Source: Zygnema circumcarinatum SAG 698-1b | Lineage: Eukaryota > Plantae > Zygnematophyceae | Assembly: GCA_037447605.1 (NCBI GenBank) | Contig: CM074804.1 | Location: 3,511,909 to 3,575,908 of the forward strand | DNA length: 64,000 nucleotides | Direction of reading: 5' to 3' | In this document: piece by piece, positions 38,170 to 52,623 of the stretch | Position numbering within the stretch: the first letter of the stretch is position 1 | Layout: each line of letters opens with the position of its first letter | Program-made: the position numbers and the translations under genes | The notes under the pieces: generated by a model | Database searches by the model: none | Seen by the model: only the letters and a program-made list of their open reading frames with translations | Told to the model about the DNA's origin: nothing

Positions 38170-39052
38170 CAGGCCGCTTCAAATAGGGGAGATCCCCTAA
38201 ATATCGTAAATAGCTTATTTATGTAAGATTTTGAGATTAGTTTACGTGATTTCAACTTAAATACCACAAGCCCCAAAAAAGCATTTTTTTGGTTAAAAAC
38301 AAAAAGGAAATGAATTGCAGTTGCAACCACGATAGCAATGATGTATATGAACTTTACTTGTTGGTATAACAACACGGCTTTAGAAACTGGTGCAACCTCT
38401 TTGACTCTTATAGATTGGTAAATTTTACCAATCAATTAGAACAACTGTGCATTTGGCAATCACAACATATAGTTGCTTATTCAAAAACCCAATTGCACGG
38501 AAACTTTGTAGATCCAATCCTAAGCTCTCTATTTCCTTTTCCATCCATCATTAATTACTCCAAGTATCACTTTAGAATCCATCATAGTCTTGAAATTTCC
38601 TCACAAAAACTCTATTCCAAATCATTACCTTTGAAATTCAAGGTGTAGTCACAAAAGAAAAACTGAAATAGGAACTAAAATTAGAAATGAAATGAAAAAT
38701 GGTCTCACTCCCTTAGGAGTTTTAGGTTGATCAAGACAGCTATAGAAGTGATGCAAACTACTCAAAGAGACCCTCGAAGAGTGTTCAAACTATCAAACCG
38801 TTTGCAGTGAAGAATGCCTTCCAATGAAAAGTCTATCAACCTCTTTCGAAACTCGTCTTTCTCCCATCCAATTACTGAAAAATCAGACTCGACGGTAGCA
38901 ATGTTGGGAAATGATGAAGCAAGGTCTCCACAAAATTCTCGTCCGTACGTGCACGGTTTCGTCCGTACAATCCATATTTACGTGTTTTTACAAAACCAAG
39001 TTAGGGGACAGTCCCCTATCTTAAGCCGAAATCCCCTATTTGAAGAGGCCTG
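38170..39052 (-). mobile_element. Internally deleted hAT-like DNA transposon (883 bp)
   Basis: TIR CAGGCC(G/T)CTTCAAATAGGGGA (20/21 match). Exact 8-bp TSD CCCATACG at 38162-38169 and 39053-39060. A minus-strand remnant at 38944-38762 reads GREFCGDLASSFPNIATVESDFSVIGWEKDEFRKRLIDFSLEGILHCKRF, resembling a hAT transposase C-terminal dimerization region. Confidence 0.88.
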
Positions 39053-40847
39053 CCCATACGGTCCATACCGCCATACGCTAGCACCCTCTGACGCGCGTCA
39101 GAGGCGATCCTATGCCACGTGGCGCCTCGCCAGTGGCTGGCCTTGCTCCCGGTCCCTCACGCTGGCAAAGGTTTCGACGGGGGGAGCGGAGTTCAACATG
39201 CCCCCTCACAAAAAGTAGTTCCTCAAAAAAAAAGAAATCCAAAACAAATACAAAAACAGTATCTTATTTCAGAAACTGGTTTTTCAAACAGCCACAGCTT
39301 TCTGCGAGAGAGAACTAGGACAGGGGACTGGGGCCCCTTGTAACAGGTTGAGAAAAAAAGAAATTAAAGATGGTGGCTGTTCGGAAAAACCAGTTTCTAA
39401 AATAAGATACTGTTTTTGTTTTTGTTTCGGATTTTTTTGTTTTTGAAAAACCAGTTTTTGATTTGTACGCACCCTGTGCGCAACCAATCGAGCGTTGAAC
39501 AAGTGACGACCGGTTGGGTTCAATTCGAGTTTACTCCGCATCCACGGATCAACAATACGATTTTGGCAAATCGGAAAACACGTTCAACTTTTGCTCGGCC
39601 CGGAGATTTGAAACCTATCGAGGTTTGAACACTAGGGTTGTCCATTAAGAGATGCAGTAAAACATTGATCAATTTCTCAGCTTGTTTGCTTTGATTTTAC
39701 GGGAGGTGTCAGTTATTTGCAATGGAACATTTCAACTATTGCTGGTGAACAGGAACAACCATTGCCAAGGGATTCAACCATTGCCGTTAAATTGAGCCAA
39801 CCATTGCCGTCAAATCGAGCCAACCATTGCCACGATGCCAGCCATTGGCGCTGGACCGAAACAACGATTGCCAATGGTTGTCAACTATTGGATGGCAATG
39901 GTTGCCAACCATTCGAATGGTTGTTCAATGGTTACCGATCCAATGCTCCGACCTGTAAACAGTATGATAGAGGAAGCCAGTGTGCTTAACATGTAATTCA
40001 GAATCATCATATGTAATAAGTTGAAACGTCACTGCCTGCCTGCAGTAAGGCCTCAGATCCAGTCTGGCCAAAGGAGTCCATTGAGAAACAACCAGTATCA
40101 GAAGCTTGCTGGGCTCTGAGCTATATTTGAAAGCCATTTTATAACCCGAACAGAGGCATTGCCTTTAAGGGCAGTAGATCTGATAAGGGGCACTTGCCGC
40201 AGCAAACGGTACTCAAACAGCCTATGAATCGACACTGCTCAAGAATAATGTACATTGTACAGATCAAGTCAGGCAGATCAGAAACATATCCATGCACCAC
40301 ACGATTCTGGATTTGTCAAAGTACATGTTTCTGTTCCACCCTCAGCGACGTGACTGGCACTAAAACACTGTTGAGTAAATTGTGTATAAAATTGTGTATA
40401 CAAAGTGCTATGCACTCAGCACTCTTAACTTCCATGGCTACAGACTATGTTCACCAGCCAGGCATCCATATATGATTCAGACCTTCCCGTAACAAAAAGT
40501 GCAAGTGATGACTTGAATCCCTTACAACTATGAGGCAAATCTGCCATGTTGACTCCTGATTGGTAGCGGTCAAATCCCTTTAATAACCCCCTCCCCNNNN
40601 NNNNNNCCCCCCCCCCCCCCCCCCCCCCCCCCCCCTTCCCTTCGGCAAACCTCTGGATTCCCTCCCGCAACCCCACTGGTCCTCCACCTACTTCATCCAA
40701 GCAATCGTTCCATTATCATATTCACACTACCCACCACTCCACTACCCACGGTACCATTATATGAGTTCTGTTTAGGCGGCCCAACGAAACAGAGGAATAT
40801 AAGGCACAAATTGCGGTGCGCTCCCTTCACAGTTAACACTTCAACGC

Positions 40848-43799
<2,952 letters not shown>

Positions 43800-44590
43800 G
43801 GCGGTGGGAGGCTCGCAGGAGGGAGGGAAGGAGGGGCGAGGAGGCGGACAGGCGGGCGCGCAGCGGAGCAAGTCTGGGAGGAGGGTGGGTTGGACGCGGC
43901 GCCTTATGCCCCTCCCCCCCGGCAGTCGCCGTCCGTCCGTCCGTCCGTACGGCCCTCCGTCGCGCGGGCCCGCCCCCGCGCGCGCGCACGCGACGGCGAC
44001 GGCCAATAATGCGCGCGGAGCGGACGAACCGGGGGGGCCGGATTCCGTCAAGGCAGGTCACGCTCGGACCTAAAAGTGACGTCACTACATACTAGTGCAA
44101 TAAACCGCGCGGCGGAGCAGAACGGCGCGGCGCGCGGTTCGGCGAGTCGCGGACCGGCGGAAATATCTCCCTCCACGCGACGCTGACGGAGGGCGACGGC
44201 CGCCCGGGGAGGCGGTGCGGCCGCCCCTGTCCGTACAGACGAGGCGGATCTCAATCGACCGCAGCACTCCGCTCCCCCCCTCCCTCCCTCCGTGCGGGCG
44301 TGCGCGGGGCCGCGGTCCGTACGGCGGCGCACGCGGGCGGAAAAGTTAACGTGAGGGCCGCGAAACAGCGCAGGGCCGAGAGGCAGTCCGCCAATGACAC
44401 ACCGCCAGGTGGCCCGCCGCCGCGGGCAGCCATTGGCTGCGGCGCCTGGCGGGGCCGCCTTCGCTCGCCCGCTCGCTCGAGTGCCCGTACGGTACGGAGC
44501 GTTCGCGGCCTCCCTCTGGCTGGCTGGCTGGCTGGCGCGGTCGCTTCGGCCGGCGGGCTGGGGACGGGGACTGGGGACTTGGGGGGGGAC
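43800..44590 (-). promoter_or_regulatory. GC-rich DAHPS promoter
   Basis: 12-bp palindrome AGTGACGTCACT at 44075-44086, GAAATATCT at ~44160, and CCGTACGG at 43945, 44317 and 44485. Confidence 0.6.
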
Positions 44591-45684
44591 CAGGCATCGT
44601 CAAATAAGGGATTTCCCCTGAAATCCCGTAATTCACCTATTTTCAGACCATTTTGAGTTTCATTTTCGGGATTTGAGGGACGTCTTTGTTTCGTACTTTT
44701 TGTACCTTTATGTACTTTTAGTAGGGTACTTTGTTTGTACTTTTGGACGAAGTTTTTGTCCTGTAGTAGCATTCGACGACCACCGTTTTTCTAACATTGA
44801 CAAACAACACGTCATTGCTGATGTGTCTAACGACGACGCATGAAGCATGAGAGTTCGACTCCACTTTCACCCCATGTTGTCATTTATAACAAAATGACGA
44901 AATTTGATTCTTTTGTAGAGTTGAATCGATTCAAATGGGAAGTTAAACACATAAGTGCAGTGCTTCCCTTATGGTTTCCACAGCCGAAGCCAAGCAAGGC
45001 TCACTGCTCCAAGAACTAAAGAATTGAAAATGCAACTCTCTTTTCTCCAAAATTCCTTACCCGAACCCCTCTGCTGCCCTCCCTACAATTTCGCTAAAAA
45101 GACCAAGTGTTTCCAGTATTCATGAACCCCCTCTTCCGAGTTCCTTGTCTTCGACCTCCACCTCTGCTGCTACCTCGGGCAGATGCACAAGAACTTGGGA
45201 GTCGTCCACCGTCAGACCAAACTTGTCTTCGTGGCCTGATTGAAACTTCAGCAAACTCTCATCCTTCGTCATTTCCAACATTTCAGGCTTGAAAACTGCA
45301 GCCCAAGAAGCAGGCAGGCAGGCAAGCAGGCAGGCCAACGGGCGGGCGGACAGGCAGACATTATTTCGTTTCGTTTCCCATCCGTAGGTCTGGCACGCCT
45401 CCTGTAGGTTTTTTTTTTTTTCTCCATATTAGGGGGTGTCAGACTTAGCAAAATCTTACGAAAAGCGTTACGAAAAAAAAGGTTACGAAAGTACTCCGCC
45501 GCAGGAGGATCGCTATTATACTGGAGTACTCGTTCTGATGTCAAACTTACGAACACGCGTACTGAAATTTTTTAAGTCTGACACCCCCTATTGAATGGCC
45601 TGGTTTATTTTCGGGACTTTCTGAGATTTATTTTCGGTATTTACGGGAATATTCCAAACCGTAAACCGTATTTGACGATGCCTG
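44591..45684. mobile_element. Non-autonomous hAT-like element (1094 bp), TIR related to the 38170 element
   Basis: TIR CAGGCATCGTCAAATA (16/16). Flanks are GGGGGGAC and CCGGGGAC (6/8 match, degenerate TSD). Confidence 0.75.
45430..45590. mobile_element. 161-bp MITE nested in the 44591 element
   Basis: Perfect 18-bp TIR TAGGGGGTGTCAGACTTA/TAAGTCTGACACCCCCTA and internal TTACGAA repeats. No TSD recognisable. Confidence 0.7.
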
Positions 45685-46261
45685 CCGGGGACTGGAGCCG
45701 GGGGGGGCTGGGAACTGGCTGGGGACCGTGGCAGGCTTTGACCCTCCGTCCCAGTCGGTCCGCACCACGTCCCATGGGTCCAATCCACCGAACTCCCATC
45801 GGTCCATGGCTCGCATCACCAAGTTGACAAAGCGAGGGTTGGCGGGGGGTGGCGAGAAGCAGAGCAGCAGCCCGACAAGCATCAGCTCCCCGGCACTCTT
45901 CGCCAACACGATTTGCAAAGTGGAACTTTCCCCTACTTCATACTTTACAACACCAAGTGACTAGCCAAACTGGAAAACTTAGCCGTAAAACGAAAGACAC
46001 AATATATCCTGCATCAGCCGCAACGGCTATACTTAATTACATTGATAAAGCTGAGACGGCTGAGACAAAACATTTGCTCTGCCAGTTATTTACCACAAAG
46101 AATGGTGAAAGCAAAGCAGGTCGAACTTGACAACTGGGGGAGAGCCTAAGTCGTCGAGAAAGCAACTTGGGCGTCAGGTTTTGCTGAGGCATGGGCGGCA
46201 GGACGGACCGCAGTTACCAGCCACTTGCCCAGGTGAGTCCCCCAGGGTCCCTGCAAGTTGC

Positions 46262-49200
46262 CTATGCGGTCCCCAGCGTGGCGAGAGAGGGAAGGATGAG
46301 TCCCAGCAGACACGTGTCCGGGTCAAAGTTGATGTTCAGCATGTCGCATGCCTCCTGAGCCCATGGCATGACATAAAGCATTCTCGGCCATAGAGACCCG
46401 CCGGACGGTATTTTGATGACACCCGCTCGATCGCGTTCCTTCAAATAGGCCACAAATTGATCAAACTGAACCAAAGCAAGCACCACCAGTGCATCCGGTC
46501 AGGTGCCTCCTTAGTGAAAGCTTAAGTTAAAGAACGTTGGTCTATGAAGCTGTACCTTTCGCTGGTCAACTGGAAGGATCAGGGAAAACACTCACCCCTG
46601 CAGCGTTAGCTTCGCCTGAAGCCGCATATATTCGGCACACCTCCCGCTGCAAGCAGAGTCAAATTCCAAAATCAAGCGTGAGACAATCACAAAACCAGTC
46701 CGAAACGATGCACTGTTTGTGATTCCGATGCAATCTGTGGATGCATTATTCTGCCCTGCTTCACAATAAGACTGATTTATGATTCAAACCCTCACCTATG
46801 CCAAAGATCAATCTTGCCACCTTCAGTATCTTCAGCGAGCAACTGACGGATGTTAGAGACAACATACGATACCTCTTAAGTCTCTCTAGAACTATCTCAA
46901 ACATTCTGAAACAACCGATGGAACTTCTGGTCCAAAATTTCATTGCTGAACCGGTTTTTCAGAGGTGATCCTCGGCTTAACCTGCACTTCTCTTCTATGC
47001 CTTACCTGGTTTGCTGGAGTGCTTCGAAAGGTGCCTTGAACCGCTCGATAATCCGCACGCTTAGTCACCTGAAGCTTTTCAGGCCACCTGAGCCGCAGCC
47101 TTGACAGAGTCAGCAGAATTTCCGTAAAAGAAAAAATGCCCAAGTGCAATATGCATGTTTGAGATAGATTTGTGAAAGGACAGACGTTTATTACCCCTAA
47201 ACATCCTAGAGTTCGACAGTATTGAAGGTACTCAGCTAAGAAACCCACGAGCTGCAAACACTTCTCGCTACAATCACAATGACCCAGACAGGGGTGATAA
47301 CGGCGTCCTCCTCATGTGGGTAATATGTAGGCAAAACATTCATCTCCATCAAAGCACCTTCAAGTCAGGGAGGGCTCGCGACTTAGCCCAAGAGAAAACT
47401 CCAAACTGAACAAACATAGGGCCATGCCGTAGCATTGATCGCATATGCATTTGTAACTAGTATCATAAGGACCAGGAAAAGCTAGCACAGGCCATGCATA
47501 TCCTGCAGAGAAAGAGAGAACAAGGCTTCAGCTGCCTACCCTGCTGGTTCATGCACATCCACCTCGTAGCAGCACATGGTTAACTCCTGATACACAACCT
47601 CCACCGCGCAGTACTGATGTCCACTTTTACATAGCCAGAACCGCGGCTCAGTTGCGGTGTTCGCATTGCCAGTAATCTCAGATAGAGATTCACGAACTGC
47701 TGCTGCTGGAAGTGGAGGTGGCGGCTCTGCAGGCGGTGGCTGGGCTTCTGCTGAGGGGGAGTAAGGTGGGCAAGGAGGAGGGGGTGATGACGGAGGAGGA
47801 GGGGGAGGGGGCGGCTGCTGCGCTGGAGGAGAAGGAGGCGGAGGTGATTGAGGCGGTGGAGGAGGAGGAGGCTCAATAGGAGGAGGAGGAGGAGGCGAAC
47901 TGGGAGGGAGAGGGGGTAATGGGGGCGTATCTAAATCCATTGCAGGCTGACTTACAACTGCGTCCGGCTCAGGGGGTGGCGTCACAACTAACGGATTAAG
48001 TGGAGAACGACCACCACGGAAACCCCTCGTCCGTTCCAACAGACTCGGAGAGACAGATGCTCCAGGAGCTAAGGAAGTTGTCGCATTGAGACCAGAACTT
48101 GGAAACACACCGTCCAAAATGGACCTCCCCATAAAGCTCTGCCCTGCAGGCGGCCCAATAGGAGACAAAGGGGACCATGCAGGAAGGCCTGCAGGGCGCT
48201 CAGAATGGGCTCGAGCAGATTTGGGGAGTGGGAGGGGAGCAAGGGCAGCTTGTGGGGGGGGTAGGGGAGGACGATTAGTGGGAAGATTGAGAAGTAGCCC
48301 TCTATCTGGAGGAGGGCGGCGATGCAAGCCTGGACTCGCAAGAGAGCCGAGCCCTGCTAATACACCTGACGAAGGAGTTGGCTCCACTACTCCACTTATC
48401 AAACTGCTGCTTAGGCTGCCTTCACCTCTTGGTGTAAGTAGCTCCTCTCGCAAGTCACCATGGAGGTCATAATCCCTGACATTGCCAGACAAATCGTCTG
48501 ATCTTCGGAGGCTGTGTTCACCATCCATGGTCGCCTCAGGCCCTAAGCTCCAATGCGAGTTTCCAGGCTGCACTACGAGGGGTCCATCAGATTCACCTGC
48601 ACCAGTGATTCCTGATGATCCAAAACTTTGAGCCCCTGCAGCTTCTTCATTGCGTTCACCGTCCCACTCCCACTCGCGTGCAGAGCGAGCACTCAATCCT
48701 GGGGCTACACCCGCTCGGCGATCTCGTTCTCGTTGGTAATCCCAAGCCCGCCGTCGAATATCTTCAAGGGTTATCTGACCTGAATTTCCATGATGTTCAC
48801 TTTGCAAAAGCGACATGGCCGAATTGCTGTGCGACCAATCCCCCGAAGAACAAGACAACCGCCAGCATGGCCTTTAGAAAAACCATCTCGAAAATTATTG
48901 ACACAAAAAGTACGTTTTAAAACCGACTGAAGAGTCTAGCCAAAAGACATGGATCTTATGTCAAGCAATCACAGCATATGAAGTCTGTTTAGATTGTCAA
49001 AGTTTAAGCAAGCAGTAACCAACCTGAACTCAATCTGAACACTCGAATCAAAGTGTCCAGCCAGCGTGACATTGCGTAAAGCTGCTGCAGCCGCCTCTAC
49101 CCGGTCAAACTCCACAAAGCGGCATGGACCTCGAGCTGTTCTCGCGCTCCGAACTCGGGTCACAGAGCCAAACCCTGCTGAGCCGGCATTGAATATAGCA

Positions 49201-52200
49201 CGCAATTCAGCTTCACTAAGAGCGCCGGGTGACCCGGGCCCCGCATGGTCCGGTAGGCCCATCCACAGTGTGTTGGTGGGCACTCTCTCCCTCTCACCAT
49301 GCTCGCGAGTAGGGAGGTTGCGACTGCGACCGCGACTCACAGAGGCAGGACCGATGCCGGCCTTAGAGACCAGGCTTCCCAAACTGGCTGCAAGTGGAGA
49401 AGTTGTGCCCAAAAGTCGAGCCCCTATAGGAGCAAGAGGGGGTGGAGTATGCAGTAAACTCGGCGGATTGGGGGGAGAGCTGGTTGGTGCACGTGCTGGA
49501 AGGTGGCCTGGGACATTCTTATACTCAACATGGATAGACATGGAACCAAACCGCACGCCATTCAGACGAGCCTTGGCAAGTGCAGCACCCTCCGCTGTTC
49601 TGAAGTCGATGAAGCAACATCCACTGTGCCGAAGAAACTTCCAGCCAGTCAACTCCCCATGCTGAGCGAAAGCAGCCAGAATATCCTCCTCTCGAACTAA
49701 AGGATCAATGCGCCCAACCCACAAATGCCGTGCTCCAACTGCCATATTGCGATCTCCATGCTTTGCCAAAAGAGGAAGTCCGGACAGAGGGAGGGGAAGA
49801 TGGAGAAGCAAAGGTGCTGGTGTGGGCAGTGAGGCGAATGATTTCCGTTTGAGCTCCCGAAGATAATGGAAGGCACGCCTTGCATCATCTCCTGTTGTAA
49901 ACTCCAAAAGGACCGCGCTTGCACTGACTAAAATAGACACAGAACACGGCGCGGGCATCTGAGCAGCTGCCATAGATCTCAAGAGCTCCTCTTTAGCGCT
50001 CTGACTTGACACACCACCAACCCAAACGTGTAGTCCTATAGTAGAAGTTCCACTGTCTGCAAACTGAAGCTGAAGAGGAAATCCCCACTGCAAACTACCC
50101 TGAAGTGTTTCTCGAGCACGCACAGCGTCTCGTACTGTACAAAAATCTACGACAGCACTTTCACGGGCCCGCAACATCACAATGCCTTCGATTGGACCAA
50201 AGTTCTCGAACTGCGCGCGCAATGCTGCCTCCCCAACTTCCACGTCGATTGGCCCCACCCACAAATGGCGGCTGGCCATGCAAACTTCATCTTCCGGTGC
50301 ATCATGCTCAGCTCCACGTGGAAGATGATGGCCTGTCTGTTGGAAGGCCATGCTTCCAGTTCCCACACCGTTCATCGTATGAGAGGCGGGCAAAACGGGC
50401 TGATCATCCCCAGGGTCTGCCCATGCTCCAATCCTCTGGCTAGTCCAACTTGGTCGCCGCCTTCCATTGGTCTCGCTCATGTCAGCTACCTCCACCCCAT
50501 CAATACTCCAGGTGGTCCGACCTCTCGATCCTCGCAATGACGAATCATCCCCAAGACCCGTGACTGTGACAGCAGCGATCTCCCTTTCTCGGATCCAAGC
50601 CCTCGCATCACCGTCGTGGCTTGAGAGACTTGTCAGAGAGTCTGTGCCAAAAAAGCAGGCCACCAAAGTTTGCAAGGAAGGCCAAACAATTGCCAAAACT
50701 TCTGTCATTGCTGTCCGGCGCAGCTGCTGGAGTGAAGTAATCAGCCAGTGCTGGGCACTTGCCTTGCCCTCTAATACCTGCTCCAATCCACAACATAGGG
50801 TCAATCCTATCTGTACGATTCACTCTCTTCATTCAGCCAGAGTGAAGCTAACCTAAGGATTTAGAGAGATCTAAAAAACAAACGACATTGGAGTTCAAAT
50901 GTCTGAACCAACAAAACAAGGCGAAAAACATGCATCTAGTTGCCCTTCATTGTGTACCGAGCCGCTTGCAAGAGTGAAACCCATGCCTAAAACGCACAGC
51001 ATTGGAATCCTCCTGGCCCGTTTTTAATATAGCAACACCGGACATTTAATGTCGTGGGTCGCTTAAATGTCTAATGAGGTAGCAAGGGAACAATCTTCGT
51101 ATGGCGAGCATTATAAGTCCAGGAGAATACATACATGTTGAGCTATACTGCGGCTTGACTGATACTCAGGATTCCTTGCAGATTCATGGGTTGTCTCAGT
51201 GGGAGAAAGAGTCCCCTGCTCGCCGTTCGCTTCGCTATTAGACCCGCTAACCAATGTTTCTCGATTTTCTGCAACCATGTCCAATTTAGATTGCAACTTT
51301 TGCGGATGGCCTCGAGTAATCTCCAACAGAAAGTGTATACCTTCTTTTCGCCTTTGAATCTCCTTACTGCGAAGAGCATCAAAACAAGCCCCTATGACTA
51401 CTTCTGGCAACAATTGCAACGATCGAATCGCCGCCACAGCTGCTAACTTCTGAACAACAGTTCCTTCTAACACCTGCCATTCCACAACTTCTGTAATGGT
51501 TCCTTTGCTTAGACTCGTCTCAGCAATGCCGCTAACATGTTGACCTACACGCTTATCACCAGCACGAGCCGGCAAAGTAGGAGAAGCATCAGCTTCTTTA
51601 GGAGGAGGCAGCTTGCAACCATGAAGGTGGTACATCAAGCGAAAAACAATATCATCGGCCATGGCATTACAAACCGCCGGCGGGACACTGCGGTGTGTGT
51701 TCACGGAAGCTGTTGCACAGAGCAGCTCGGGCAGCCCTGCAAATGCAGCTTTTGCTGTTTGTAGCAAGACGCCGTTTTCGTCAGCAGAGCGGTGAGATAA
51801 CTGCGAAACTGCCCAGTCGCATAGATTAAGCACCAGTCGTGCACCAACTTGAAGACCAGCCGGGCAGCGAGCAGCATAGCGTGGAATCAGTTCAGCAGCA
51901 ACGCGTTGTACGCTCAGGCAGCCTGTAGACGCACACACAGCCCCTTCGAGAGTAAGCAGGTCGTCCATTCCAATTAAAATTTGAATGATAATGTCCCGAA
52001 CAAGGTACATTCGGGAAGGAAAAATGCTTTGACGAATTGCAGTTTGCCAGAGCTACAACGCTTTTCCAGATAGCTGACCTGATTGAGCAGAACTCTCCTG
52101 CTCAGAGAAATATGACAGACATCAGCTAGACCTGAGGTCTAACAGTGAGTGCAGTCCAGAATTCGTTGCAAGCATCCAAAGGAATAACAATCGACTAACC

Positions 52201-52623
52201 TCTGCCAGAATTTACGAGGGCAAAAAATGCGTCTTTTACGTCATCGCCAACTGGCGATTCTGGATTTTTGTTCGCTCTCTCCAGCGCCTGCTTAAACCGC
52301 AGATAATCTCGATAAAGCGTGCGTAATTCGGCTTGCTTAACGTCTTTCCTGCTGTCCTGCCACCCCGAAAATGATATAGTTTCTGGACTGCGCTTCTGCC
52401 GAAGAGGCATCCCTCCCACCAAGTCAGTGCCGGGTTTAAGAGGCGAAATACGCTCCATATGGTCCCCCATAAGGACCTCTGGACCCGCGCTGTGCCTTCT
52501 TCGTTTCTTCAGAGGCGGCTCACTGCCTCCATGCATTCTGAGAGGGAGGGCGGATAGAGATGGCAGCGGCCCTCCGTAGTTGTAGTGGCCCATGTGCGTC
52601 ATCTCCGCCCCCCACTCGCCCAT
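46262..52623 (-). CDS. Spen-family RNA-binding protein with RRMs, a Pro-rich linker and a C-terminal SPOC domain (Arabidopsis SPEN3/At1g27750-like)
   Basis: N-terminal EPPLKKRR, GCLSVQRVAAELIPRYAARCP, RRM-like RHLWVGPID, LHVWVGGV, RHLWVGRID and NTLWMGLP segments, a poly-Pro tract, and SPOC LCKSG..YC/WPEKLQVTKRADYR/REVCRI/FDQFVAYLKERDRAGVIKIP..LILP. Confidence 0.85.

Noticed and set aside
39611-39640. Helitron-like 3' end (AAACCT-ATCG-AGGTTT hairpin followed by CTAG)
   Set aside because: CTAG is followed by G rather than the expected T, and no matching 5' TC end was found.
40597-40606. N runs here and at 35333-35342
   Set aside because: These are assembly gaps in homopolymer or polypurine tracts, not biological features.
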